This document shows positions 1-8,709 of a DNA stretch of 64,000 nt, piece after piece; positions within the stretch are counted from its first letter, which is position 1; every line of letters begins with the position of its first letter. Position numbers and translations under genes: made by a program. The notes under the pieces were generated by a model. It was given only the letters and a program-made list of their open reading frames with translations, was not told the DNA's origin and did not search any database. Origin of the DNA: an uncultured virus (IMG/VR IMGVR_UViG_3300040758_000220) (lineage: Duplodnaviria; Heunggongvirae; Uroviricota; Caudoviricetes); IMG/VR virus record IMGVR_UViG_3300040758_000220; one strand, 5' to 3'.

Positions 1-51
1 CCGCAGTCAAAGTGCATGGTCCTACCGCTAGACGACGGGGCATTGCGCACG

Positions 52-228
52 TCACTTCCCCGCTCCACACGCCGCCGGCTTCTTCAGCGCCATCCAGTCC
101 GCCAGCCCGGTGATCCCAAGCTGCTCGGTCGTGCCAACCGTGCCCGCCACAGCGCCGATCATGGTCACGGTGGGGACGACGGCGGGGCCGCAGGAGGTCA
201 GGGCGAGGAGGAGGATCACGCTGCGCAT
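52..228 (-). CDS. Small putative lipoprotein
   Basis: MRSVILLLALTSC lipobox-like N-terminus. Confidence 0.5.
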   Translation of the reverse strand: MRSVILLLALTSCGPAVVPTVTMIGAVAGTVGTTEQLGITGLADWMALKKPAACGAGK

Positions 229-1043
229 GGCCGGAACGTCGCCCCGATGTGCCGGGCCAGCGGGTAAGGGATTTTGGCGATCATGGCGCTGGCGGCTTTG
301 CGGGTGGGAGACTTGCTGCTTGTCGTGACGCTGATCGACTCTGGATCGTGCCACCACGTGCCGCCCTGCTTCAGATGGTCGGGCACCATTCGGTTGCAGG
401 ATATCAACGTGCCATTAGGGCGCCACCCTTTTCCGTCATGCTTAACACCATCTGGCAGAAGATAATGGAACGCCGCCGCCTCCTCTGGCGTGCTGGCAAC
501 GCGCTCGCTCCAATTTCTCGGAGCGCAGGAAGCCTGAGATTTCATCCGCTTGCCGCGCGCCAGAGGCATCAACGCCGGCACATCCCCCCAAAGATGATAC
601 GACCCAAACGCCCACCGCGACCGCCCTACCCAAGGCTGCGCGCCACGCACGTTCTCCACGATCAACGGCACCCGATGCCCCGCTGCGACCGAAGCCTGAG
701 CCTGTATCCGAAAGCACGCATCGAACAGCGCCGTCAGGTCCGTCAGCATCTTGCCGGACGTATCAGCACGGATCGCAGCCGCCTTCGCCTTCGCGCGCGT
801 CCATGGCATCGCCATGTAGGAAAATTCCTGGCACGGTGGCGACGCCACGATCAGCGCAGCGTCCTTGAACTGCGCGCCGTGCAGCGTCAGCACGTCCTAG
901 ATCACCAGCGTCGCGGGGTAGCGATGCTCGCCATAGACGTGCCGCTCGATGTCGAAACCTACAACTCGGTATCCCTCCGCCAACAGTCCTTCCGCCCACC
1001 CTCCCAAGCCGCAGTAGAGGTCGATGGCGAGCGGGCGCCCCAC
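216..1043 (-). pseudogene. C5 DNA cytosine methyltransferase-like gene with in-frame amber stop at 897-899
   Basis: Motif I (IDLYCGLGGW) and catalytic ASPPCQEFS plus ENV lie in one frame, separated by LVI*DVL (TAG). Confidence 0.8.
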
Positions 1044-1045
1044 CG

Positions 1046-1366
1046 CTACCCCTTCGGCGCCCGCACCGCCGCCACCGTCGAGGCCGGCGCAGCGATGACG
1101 GGCGTCCCGGTGTTCAGCGCCGACGCGATCAGCGTCAGGCTGTTGGCATCCACCGCCGCGCAGGCCGGGCTGCTCACCAGCACGTCGGCGGCGGTCAGGG
1201 CCTTCGTGGCGTTGGAGCCGGTGGTGATCGAGGCCGCGACCGCGTTGTAGCACGGGAGCGCGGAGGCGGCGATGCTGAGCGCGGCCTGCTGCTGGGCGGT
1301 GGTGCAGGCGGCGAGGGCCAGCGCGAGGGCTGGGGCGGCGGCGAGGATGGTGCGGCGGGTGAGCAT
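1046..1366 (-). CDS. Putative lipoprotein (lysis-region type)
   Basis: MLTRRTILAAAPALALALAAC signal/lipobox; AAGGAG RBS upstream. Confidence 0.65.
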   Translation of the reverse strand: MLTRRTILAAAPALALALAACTTAQQQAALSIAASALPCYNAVAASITTGSNATKALTAADVLVSSPACAAVDANSLTLIASALNTGTPVIAAPASTVAAVRAPKG

Positions 1367-1394
1367 GTGCGGGTCTCCTTGGGTCAGAGGCAAA

Positions 1395-1685
1395 CTAGGG
1401 GTAGGCGGTAGCAAGCTCGGCGTTAGTGATGTTCTCGTCGCACCACTGACACCATTGCATGTGAACGGCGATCGGGACGCCATAGACCGGCACACGAACC
1501 AAGCCAAAAGCGTCCCGCCAAACGATTTCTTCGCCGGCCGGTTCGATCAGGCCCTTATCCAACAATACCCGGAGTGTGTCGGCGCCAGCGAAGGCGTGCA
1601 TACCGATCACAATTCGCTTGAACGCCGCGCGCTGAGCCTTGGTCAGTCCAGCGGTCGGGTTGCGTGTCGGCACATCATCCTCCAT
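1395..1685 (-). CDS. Hypothetical phage protein
   Basis: 96-aa ORF with protein-like composition in operon orientation. Confidence 0.55.
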   Translation of the reverse strand: MEDDVPTRNPTAGLTKAQRAAFKRIVIGMHAFAGADTLRVLLDKGLIEPAGEEIVWRDAFGLVRVPVYGVPIAVHMQWCQWCDENITNAELATAYP

Positions 1686-1835
1686 CAGCGCGGTCCCGCC
1701 GCGCTCGGTCAGGCGGCAAGTTCAATGCACGACTCGCATCAGAAGATCGCGCACATCTCGGAGCGCGACCAGATAGCCGTCCGGCCTTCATCCCCAAGGC
1801 GCCGGACCGGTTGCCGGGAATGGCGAGCGGGTGCA

Positions 1836-2231
1836 TCACGGCCCCGCTGGCGTGGGGCCTGGTGCCGACTTCGGCAGGATCGACGTGATCGGCCCCGATG
1901 CCACCCAGCGCGCGGCCAACATCAGCGCCACGGCTACCAACCCAGCAATCTCGTTGGTGGTCGCCGTATCCCAGCCAAGGCCGAATTTCCCCACCGCCCA
2001 TGTCACCGCATAGGATGCGATCGGTGCCCAAACCGTTTTGCTGCCGAGCGCCGACTGACCGGCGAGATACTGCGACAGGCCAGGGTCCAGCGTGGCAATC
2101 GCCTTCACCGCCTCGGGCACATCCTTGGCGCCATTGACGGCGGCGGTTTGCAGGTTGGCAACCAGGGTGGTGACGGTAGTCGCGCTGGCGATCGCGGCGT
2201 TGGTGGTGGCGGGGGCCATGGTGGTGCTCAT
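1836..2231 (-). CDS. Holin-like small membrane protein
   Basis: Two hydrophobic segments (SKTVWAPIASYAVTW; IAGLVAVALMLAARW) and AAGGA RBS. Confidence 0.5.
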   Translation of the reverse strand: MSTTMAPATTNAAIASATTVTTLVANLQTAAVNGAKDVPEAVKAIATLDPGLSQYLAGQSALGSKTVWAPIASYAVTWAVGKFGLGWDTATTNEIAGLVAVALMLAARWVASGPITSILPKSAPGPTPAGP

Positions 2232-2247
2232 GGGCGGGGTCCTTCGA

Positions 2248-2454
2248 TCAGTTCAACGGTATCGACTCAGCAGTCGCGGGCGCCGCTCGGTCTATCTGGC
2301 CACGCTCGACAAGGGCGTTGTGGAACGTGACGAGACGCTCCGTGATCATGGCCTGGATTTCGTCCTCAGTGGCGCCCGTCGCCTCCAGCCGCGCCGCGAT
2401 CCGCTCCAGCGCGGCGGGGATGCGGGCGGCGGCCGTGGGGGTGCGGCGGGTCAT
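2248..2454 (-). CDS. Hypothetical protein
   Basis: ATGA overlap with the upstream ORF. Confidence 0.45.
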   Translation of the reverse strand: MTRRTPTAAARIPAALERIAARLEATGATEDEIQAMITERLVTFHNALVERGQIDRAAPATAESIPLN

Positions 2455-2717
2455 GCGGGCGTGTCCTTCGGCCAGTAATACTCTACATGCCGGATGACAT
2501 CTTCGCACAGCCTACCGGTCCGCTGCCTCATCAACCAATTGTCGCGGCCAGGAAGATAGCAGCTATCGAACTGGTCGAACGCCTCACGGATGGCGTGCTC
2601 GACCGGCGACGTGACGCTGGAAACGAGCAGGCCACCGTTAACGCCGCCGTAGCGCGGCCCGAGTTCGACCACAGGCACAATGGGCAGATGTTCCGCGTCG
2701 GGCTGCGCCTCGCTCAC
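2451..2717 (-). CDS. Hypothetical protein
   Basis: ORF coupled to both neighbours; GAGGAGG RBS. Confidence 0.5.
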   Translation of the reverse strand: MSEAQPDAEHLPIVPVVELGPRYGGVNGGLLVSSVTSPVEHAIREAFDQFDSCYLPGRDNWLMRQRTGRLCEDVIRHVEYYWPKDTPA

Positions 2718-2893
2718 TTCCTCCTCCCCGCCGCCTCGCGCGCCGCCAACACCCGCTCGGCATTCCGCAGCCCCGCGTCACGCAGCCAAGTGCTCGGCTT
2801 CGCGTTCGCCAGAGCGGCGGCAAGCCGGATCGTCTTGCGCTCGGTCGGCGTCAGGCGGGTGACCATCGTCACGGTGCGGACCTCTTTCGGCAT
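2714..2893 (-). CDS. Small ribbon-helix-helix-like DNA-binding protein
   Basis: 59 aa, MPKEVRTVTMVTRLTPTERKTIRLAAALANAKPSTWLRDAA: strand-helix-helix pattern; not in the ORF track (<60 aa). Confidence 0.55.
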   Translation of the reverse strand: MPKEVRTVTMVTRLTPTERKTIRLAAALANAKPSTWLRDAGLRNAERVLAAREAAGRRK

Positions 2894-2910
2894 GGGGGCG
2901 TATTACATTA

Positions 2911-2939
2911 TTGACGGGCGGGACGCAAGGGGGTATGGA
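2911..2939 (+). promoter_or_regulatory. Sigma70-like promoter
   Basis: TTGACG-N17-TATGGA, divergent from the RHH-like gene. Confidence 0.45.
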
Positions 2940-2945
2940 GGGGGC

Positions 2946-3211
2946 GTTGCTGCAAGGCGGCCGACCAGCGTATCCTTCCGGGTCGTTAAACCAAGATGGA
3001 GTGGAGACCGGGAAACCGGCTCGCGTGCCCGACACATGGGCGGAACTGCGCCGCGTTGTGTGACTGCCGGGGAGAGCACCGGAAACCGCCCGCGATTTCG
3101 GCATTGTCGCGGATTCGGTCAGTTCGCTGGGTTCTTACCCGGTGAGCGTGGGTTGCCGAGCCTGCCAGGCCATCGTGCCGCAAGCGCCGCTCAGGAAACT
3201 GGGCGGCGCTT
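2946..3211 (+). ncRNA. Candidate structured RNA or long 5' leader
   Basis: Series of hairpins (CCGG-GAAA-CCGG; CCGG-GGAGAGCA-CCGG; CCGCGA..TCGCGG; 13-bp stem with GAAA loop at 3182-3211) and no credible ORF. Confidence 0.45.
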
Positions 3212-3232
3212 CGCGTTGGGTAGGAGGACTGG

Positions 3233-3412
3233 ATGGCCGATACCCCGAAGCCCAGCAACGTCGTCAAGCTCGCACCCTATGCAACCGATCACGACTTTCT
3301 GCGTGCGGTCGAGGGCTACGGCCGGTGCCTAAACCCGGAACAGGAAGCGCGCCTGTCGCGTGAGCATCTTGAGCGGCTTCTGCGCATTGCGCGGCGCGCC
3401 TGTCCGAAATGA
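3233..3412 (+). CDS. Hypothetical protein (MADTPKPSNVVKL...)
   Basis: AGGAGG RBS; ATGA overlap with the next ORF. Confidence 0.6.
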   Translation: MADTPKPSNVVKLAPYATDHDFLRAVEGYGRCLNPEQEARLSREHLERLLRIARRACPK

Positions 3413-3642
3413 GCCATCGCACCTTTGATGATCCGAACAGCATCGAGGCGCGGCAAGCGTTGCTGGACAACCGATGCGAGCACGGGCCAAAACGGCACCG
3501 GACGCGGCGCCGGTCCAAGAAACGGGCGAAGCTGAAACGCCAGCAAATGGCGCACAAGATCGTCGTCACCGCAGCTTCGCAACGCCGCTGGCACGCTGCT
3601 GTCGTGGCGTACTGGAGTGGCGCCCGCGAGGAACATCCGTGA
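3409..3642 (+). CDS. Small basic hypothetical protein
   Basis: Coupled to the previous ORF. Confidence 0.5.
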   Translation: MSHRTFDDPNSIEARQALLDNRCEHGPKRHRTRRRSKKRAKLKRQQMAHKIVVTAASQRRWHAAVVAYWSGAREEHP

Positions 3643-3740
3643 TGTCCATGCGCCTTCGCGGAGGAAACGTCCAAGAACGGAAAGCAGGCCATGGGCGTCG
3701 TCATCATCGCCCGCAAAGCCACAACTAGGAGCACCAAGCT

Positions 3741-4043
3741 ATGACCGATTTTGTCCAGCCAACCCAGGGAGAATGGTACCACGCGGCTGCCCGCAGCGCG
3801 AAAGCGGGCAGCCCGATGACGACCAGGGCGGTTCAACAGAAAATTGCACGCCTCGCGACGGGCGGCATGCCTCGGGTCCTGGACCTGTTCTCAGGCTGCG
3901 GCGGCCTGTCCCTCGGCTTCAAAGCCGCCGGATTCGAAATACGGGCCGCCATCGAATTCGACCCCGAGGCCGCGCGCTCGCATGGCCGAGCGGTAGCCAA
4001 TGCCGCTTGCGGAACAGGAACTTGTCGGAGGCGCGGATGGTGA
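3741..4043 (+). pseudogene. Truncated N-terminal fragment of a C5 DNA methyltransferase
   Basis: RVLDLFSGCGGLSLGFKAAGFEIRAAIEFD (motifs I-II), then similarity is lost before the PC motif; AGGAG RBS. Confidence 0.75.
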
Positions 4044-4213
4044 AGGTCACGTCCCGCATGCCTGGCACACTGCGACCGGCCCCTCATAGGCCGCCAGCAT
4101 CGCGATCACCAACACGACGGCGGTCACGGCGAAGATCGCTGCCACCAGGACCCGCGCCGGCGTCAGGATTGGGCGCTGCGGCAACGGCTCGGGCGGGGTG
4201 CAGTCGAAGGGCA

Positions 4214-4516
4214 TCAGGGTGCCGACTTCTGCTTCGAGTCGTGCGTCGAGAGCGCCGCAGCATCGACCGCATCACGCCGATCGCGTTCGACCAGTGTCGC
4301 GGTCGCCGATGCTGCTTGGATGGATGCCGCGGTAGACCTCTCGATCAGCGCAATCATTTTTGACAGGTTGCCATCGAAGGTGAATGACATGCTTTCGACC
4401 TTCCTTGCGACGTGCGCCATTTTCCAGAGTGCGATTCCTGCGGTGATGGCAGCGAGCAACCCGGCCACTGCACCAAAAGTGGACGTTAGGAACGTTAGGA
4501 AGGAACCGCCTGGCAT
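4214..4516 (-). CDS. Single-TM membrane protein (lysis region)
   Basis: N-terminal hydrophobic helix followed by a helical tail. Confidence 0.5.
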   Translation of the reverse strand: MPGGSFLTFLTSTFGAVAGLLAAITAGIALWKMAHVARKVESMSFTFDGNLSKMIALIERSTAASIQAASATATLVERDRRDAVDAAALSTHDSKQKSAP

Positions 4517-4522
4517 GGCTTG

Positions 4523-4681
4523 TTATCGATCCCAAAATCCAGGCTCGGCCGGCGGCAGCGGAGGCTCGGGCAATGGCTGCACCTGCTGGGTGCGCGCCGG
4601 CGGATGAGCCTGCTGCGGTGTTGTCCAGGACGGCACCGTGCAGCAGCCCCCGAGCGCGAGGAGCAGCGCGGAGGCCGCCAC
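4523..4681 (-). CDS. Small Pro-rich lipoprotein (o-spanin/Rz1-like candidate)
   Basis: ALLLALGGC lipobox and Pro-rich tail. Confidence 0.4.
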   Translation of the reverse strand: MAASALLLALGGCCTVPSWTTPQQAHPPARTQQVQPLPEPPLPPAEPGFWDR

Positions 4682-4682
4682 G

Positions 4683-5303
4683 CTACGGCACGTCGAAGCC
4701 GATCGGCACGCTCTTCCGTTCGCTAGTGCGTGTCCAGAGCCACAGGAACGGGCACGTCTCGGTGACATGATACTCATACGTCCAGCGTCCCGAGGCCAGC
4801 CCGGCGGGAAGGTCCCATTGCAGGGCGAAGTTGCCCGCATCTTGCGGCACCAATCCGGCCCCCGTCAACGGCAGGCCACGCCTGGCGCTGGCGCTTGTCA
4901 GGATCGCCTGCGTCGTCTTCGGGCAATCTGGCATTCCGGAGACGCGATGAAACTGCACGGTCAGCACGCGGGCGCCATTCACGACAGCAACCGAGGCGCC
5001 GGTTGCGGAACTGACCACGCCGACCGCCCCCTGATATTGCCCGCTCACGAACACGGCCAGCAGCACGGCAGCTACCCCGCACGCCCACGCGCCGAGCAGC
5101 GAGCGCCAACGGCAGCATCTCAGCGGCCGGCACCGCCATGGCCACTGAAAAGCCCCCGTAGGAATGATCCTATCCACGGTAGGCTGGCCATGAGTGAACC
5201 GATGCACGCAGATAGCAGCAGCCATGCTCCGCGTCCTCGCCGTTCTGCCCAGACCTCGGATCGTTCGGCCGCCTCCCTGGCATCGCGCTGGCGTTCCGAC
5301 CAC
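4683..5303 (-). CDS. Membrane-anchored periplasmic protein (true start probably near 5150)
   Basis: TM helix followed by a beta-rich domain with two Cys. Confidence 0.5.
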   Translation of the reverse strand: MVGTPARCQGGGRTIRGLGRTARTRSMAAAICVHRFTHGQPTVDRIIPTGAFQWPWRCRPLRCCRWRSLLGAWACGVAAVLLAVFVSGQYQGAVGVVSSATGASVAVVNGARVLTVQFHRVSGMPDCPKTTQAILTSASARRGLPLTGAGLVPQDAGNFALQWDLPAGLASGRWTYEYHVTETCPFLWLWTRTSERKSVPIGFDVP

Positions 5304-5470
5304 GCTGCCATGGCCTGCCGGTCGGTGGTGTCGATGCCGGCGTGCTCCAGTGCCCAGCGGACCGGATTGACTTCAAACGCTGCAATAACGCTGGTTTGAT
5401 GATCTGCGGCATGGCGTGCTTCCACGCGATCTTCCCAGCTTTCCCCCCCGGGCTTATCACTGTCTGCCAT
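5120..5470 (-). CDS. Holin/antiholin-like membrane protein
   Basis: Charged N-terminus and C-terminal TM helix. Confidence 0.45.
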   Translation of the reverse strand: MADSDKPGGESWEDRVEARHAADHQTSVIAAFEVNPVRWALEHAGIDTTDRQAMAAWSERQRDAREAAERSEVWAERRGRGAWLLLSACIGSLMASLPWIGSFLRGLFSGHGGAGR

Positions 5471-5518
5471 GCTCGGATATGAAGTAGGTCACACCATCGG
5501 CTCTTTTCCGTCGCCCCA

Positions 5519-5896
5519 CTACTCCCACACGCCAAGCACCGCTGCGCTTTCCGCCGCACTCGTCGCCACCAGCCCATAGGTGCCTGGATTCACCCCCGCC
5601 TCCGCAAGCTGCGTCGGCGAGACCATAGCCCGGATGGCGATGTAGAAATGCGTCGGATCGGTCCCGCCAGCACCACCAGGTTCGCCACACCATGCCGCCG
5701 TGCTGGTGCCGTCCGCGTTCGTCACCGCCGGGTTGCCAGCAGCGTCGCGCGCCGTGCCAAGCATGTTTGTGGGCACCTGACCAGCGCCAAGCAACCCAAC
5801 GGCTCGCAGCGCGGCGAAACCACCCAACGCCAGAGCAAGGCCGGATTGCGGAAAGGAGTAGGTATAATCATAGAAACCCGCAGTGGCCTGGCTCAT
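5519..5896 (-). CDS. Hypothetical protein, possible fibre-associated chaperone
   Basis: ATGA-coupled immediately downstream of a fibre-like gene. Confidence 0.55.
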   Translation of the reverse strand: MSQATAGFYDYTYSFPQSGLALALGGFAALRAVGLLGAGQVPTNMLGTARDAAGNPAVTNADGTSTAAWCGEPGGAGGTDPTHFYIAIRAMVSPTQLAEAGVNPGTYGLVATSAAESAAVLGVWE

Positions 5897-6990
5897 GGCG
5901 CTGCCCTCTGGAGCTGACCCGATGGCATTGCTTGGCGATAGACGACAAGGCTTTGGATAAAACCGCTGAGACCGCCTCCGCCGGGCACGTGACCGAAGAT
6001 GAGCCTCGTCAGGCCTCCCGGCATCCCGGCTGTTGAACCCGAAATCGGCGTCCCACCATTGAGCACCACACTGGGGGAGGTGCTTCTTCCGAAGGAAATG
6101 CCGGCCGTAAACGCTGTGCCGGCAGAGACAGAACCACCAGATTCGCTATTCATGATTATTGTGCCGCCAACCTCGACATAGCCGTTGACATCCGAGTGGC
6201 CGCTTGCGTGGAAAATCGTGATCCAGTTGTTGTTGGTCGTATCATCGATTGACACGGTTCCCATATTTACTGTTGCGGAGATGAAAGGCCACATCACGGT
6301 GACGACCATTGTTCCGGCATTTGGGTTGAGCCAGCCCCCAGCAGTGATAGTGGCACTCTCCGCAGCCCGCGTTGCCGCACTGCCGGTCGTCGGTATGTAG
6401 GAGGTCGGAAAGGCCAGCGGCTCAAGCTGGTATCGCGTCAGCGTCCCGGTTTTGGTCACGACGACCGTGCCGCCCGTCGTGATGGTGAAGATATTAGGCG
6501 ACCCAGCCGTTGCGGTGCCGGTCCCGGTGCCCAGGGCGGTCCCTAGCGTGACGGCAGCGGAGCCGCTGCCAATGACCCAGAGGGTGAAAGAGCCGGTGCC
6601 TAGAGTGATAATCTGTGTCGCCGTCGGCGTGTCGCTGTTCAGCAGATAGTTTTCGCTCGACTGCAACTCCCGCAGAAATCCCTGCGGCATCAGGCGAGGA
6701 ACATTCGTCGGATAATTCGTGTAGCTCGACCCCGCAGCATCGGTGTAAAGCCCGCTTGTCGCGCCTGACGCCCGCGTGAACGTGATGGTCGGGCACCTCG
6801 GCCCGACGCTGATCGAGCCTGGAATCTGATTGGATTGCGCGCCGGCAAGGAAGTTGCAGGACAGCGATGGACCTGAATTCGGACTGACCGGCCAGAACTC
6901 AAGCGGCGAACTGGCCGACGCCGAGGCAAGCCCGGCTCCCGCGGCTATCGTTGCGGCGACGCACACCGAGAGAAGCCAGCGCCTCATCAC
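5893..6990 (-). CDS. Fibre/ConA-LamG-like beta protein with signal peptide
   Basis: ITFTRASGAT...PR...ENYL and PTSYIPTTGSAATRAAE motifs typical of phage spike/fibre domains; N-terminal signal peptide. Confidence 0.6.
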   Translation of the reverse strand: MMRRWLLSVCVAATIAAGAGLASASASSPLEFWPVSPNSGPSLSCNFLAGAQSNQIPGSISVGPRCPTITFTRASGATSGLYTDAAGSSYTNYPTNVPRLMPQGFLRELQSSENYLLNSDTPTATQIITLGTGSFTLWVIGSGSAAVTLGTALGTGTGTATAGSPNIFTITTGGTVVVTKTGTLTRYQLEPLAFPTSYIPTTGSAATRAAESATITAGGWLNPNAGTMVVTVMWPFISATVNMGTVSIDDTTNNNWITIFHASGHSDVNGYVEVGGTIIMNSESGGSVSAGTAFTAGISFGRSTSPSVVLNGGTPISGSTAGMPGGLTRLIFGHVPGGGGLSGFIQSLVVYRQAMPSGQLQRAAP

Positions 6991-7517
6991 TTGAAATCTT
7001 CGCCCTGAAAGTTGCCAGCGACGATACTGCCGCCCGTTACGGCCGTGGCCGAGTTGACGAGACCGAGCGTCCAGCCGCTCATGATCTCGTGCACAGGGTT
7101 CCCGCTGGAGTCGAACGGCGGCCCGGTAAGGAGATTGGTAAGCGGTGGCGTCGTTCCATTCGTTCCGGCACCCGCTGCCAGAGTGAGCGCGTTTATGATA
7201 TTGGAGATCGTCCCATTCGTTTCGACGAGTTGGATAGTATGTGCCACCGAGTCGGTGCTTGTGACTGTCACCCCATTGCAGATAGAGTTGTTTGCAGCGC
7301 CGACGATCCCCGGCACGAAAGTGCCAAGGGTAGTGACTTGGTTATTGGCAGCGTGCACCACTTGCGGAAACACCGGCGCTGCCGAAAGCGAAGTCTGTGC
7401 ACGCGCCTCGTGCGGGAACGCCACCGCCCCGGCGAGGCCGGCGCAAACCAGGATGACCCCGGAGTTGATGTTGAACAGATCGTCCAAGTCCTTGAGCAGA
7501 TCGTCTAGGTCCTTCAT
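6987..7517 (-). CDS. Secreted beta-rich hypothetical protein
   Basis: Hydrophobic stretch ending ARA-Q; Thr/Gly-rich. Confidence 0.55.
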   Translation of the reverse strand: MKDLDDLLKDLDDLFNINSGVILVCAGLAGAVAFPHEARAQTSLSAAPVFPQVVHAANNQVTTLGTFVPGIVGAANNSICNGVTVTSTDSVAHTIQLVETNGTISNIINALTLAAGAGTNGTTPPLTNLLTGPPFDSSGNPVHEIMSGWTLGLVNSATAVTGGSIVAGNFQGEDFK

Positions 7518-8695
7518 GGCAAGCTTCCTCCCATTGCCCCATAGCCTCGGGACAGATACAGATTGATGTAGTTCAAGGAAGATGGAGGCGGGGGCACCTG
7601 CAACGCATAATTCCCCGCCGGCCCCCCGGAGTTCGAGAACGTCGCCGCCCCGTTCGCCGCCAAGCTGGTCAGCGTGGCCCCGGTCAAAGTCCCCCCGGAC
7701 GGGGCCGCGACGGTGAGAGCGGTGATGATCTGGGTGGTGAAGACGGTGACGCTATGCCCATCCGCCAGAGCAGGCAGATTGACCGTCAGCGTCGCCAGCG
7801 TGCCGGCCGGAGTGAGGTAGATCAGCCCCGTGTTGACGGGGGCGGTGACGGTGCCACCGGAGGTCGGCGTGCTTGGATAACTTGCACCAAAGGATGTACC
7901 ACGATCCAGCGATAGTTCCGCAGCAGCCGGCCGGCGCTCAAACGGTGTCGCAAGAGACACCACACCGGGAACCAGAATTGGTGTAGGGGAGATTTCGAGC
8001 TGCATCCCTTCAAAAATCACACCGTCTGTGGTTCCCGCCGTGCCAACGCCGTTGAAGCAGAACTGCACCGCCGCCCCAAGGGTAGAGACGGGCACGTTGA
8101 AACCCACCTGATACCGCGCATACGATCCTGGCGTGGCCTGGAGGGCCTGAGCGGGGATGCCGCCAAGATTCTGCTGCCCAGTCCATGTGCCGGCGATCAA
8201 TGACGCAGGCGTCCCGGCGGCTGCGGTGGACATGGTGAGGATGGGCTGGACGCCCGTTCCGGAGAAGTTTGCTGCGGGCGCCGCATAGTATGAGAGAATA
8301 ACCGGCTGCCCCTGCATCTGCACGGCGGCTTCCGGGGTCAAGATATAGGCCAGGCAGAGCGCGGTGGTATTGGTGTTCCCGGCGGTGCGGGCAAGCTGTT
8401 CTCCCGCAGAGAAACCAATCGGCAGACCAGACGTGATGCGCGTCAGATACGCGGACGACGCCGACGTGTAGGCGAACCATTGATCGGCATGGTACGTGGC
8501 GGTGGTGGTGATGCCGGTAACCGCGCTCGTGCCGAGCTGATACGGGTTCGTGCCGAAGTCTGACCCAACCAGCAGGTTGCGGAAGTTGGCTGGCGAGACA
8601 TAGGACTGCGCTTGCGTTGACGGGGACGGCTGCGCCTCCGCGACGGCGGACAGCAGCGCCAGCAACGCCAGCGCAGGGAAGATGCGACGGATCAT
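7514..8695 (-). CDS. Secreted carbohydrate-binding-like fibre protein
   Basis: Signal MIRRIFPALALLALLSAVAEA; FRNLL.GSDF, ADQW and QLE...ATPFERRP..ELS motifs typical of phage fibre domains. Confidence 0.6.
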   Translation of the reverse strand: MIRRIFPALALLALLSAVAEAQPSPSTQAQSYVSPANFRNLLVGSDFGTNPYQLGTSAVTGITTTATYHADQWFAYTSASSAYLTRITSGLPIGFSAGEQLARTAGNTNTTALCLAYILTPEAAVQMQGQPVILSYYAAPAANFSGTGVQPILTMSTAAAGTPASLIAGTWTGQQNLGGIPAQALQATPGSYARYQVGFNVPVSTLGAAVQFCFNGVGTAGTTDGVIFEGMQLEISPTPILVPGVVSLATPFERRPAAAELSLDRGTSFGASYPSTPTSGGTVTAPVNTGLIYLTPAGTLATLTVNLPALADGHSVTVFTTQIITALTVAAPSGGTLTGATLTSLAANGAATFSNSGGPAGNYALQVPPPPSSLNYINLYLSRGYGAMGGSLP

Positions 8696-8709
8696 CTGGA
8701 GACTCCCTG

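Noticed and set aside
1..5470. Endolysin gene
   Set aside because: No lysozyme, amidase or peptidase motif was recognised; a minus-strand ORF starting at 17 runs off the window and cannot be assessed.
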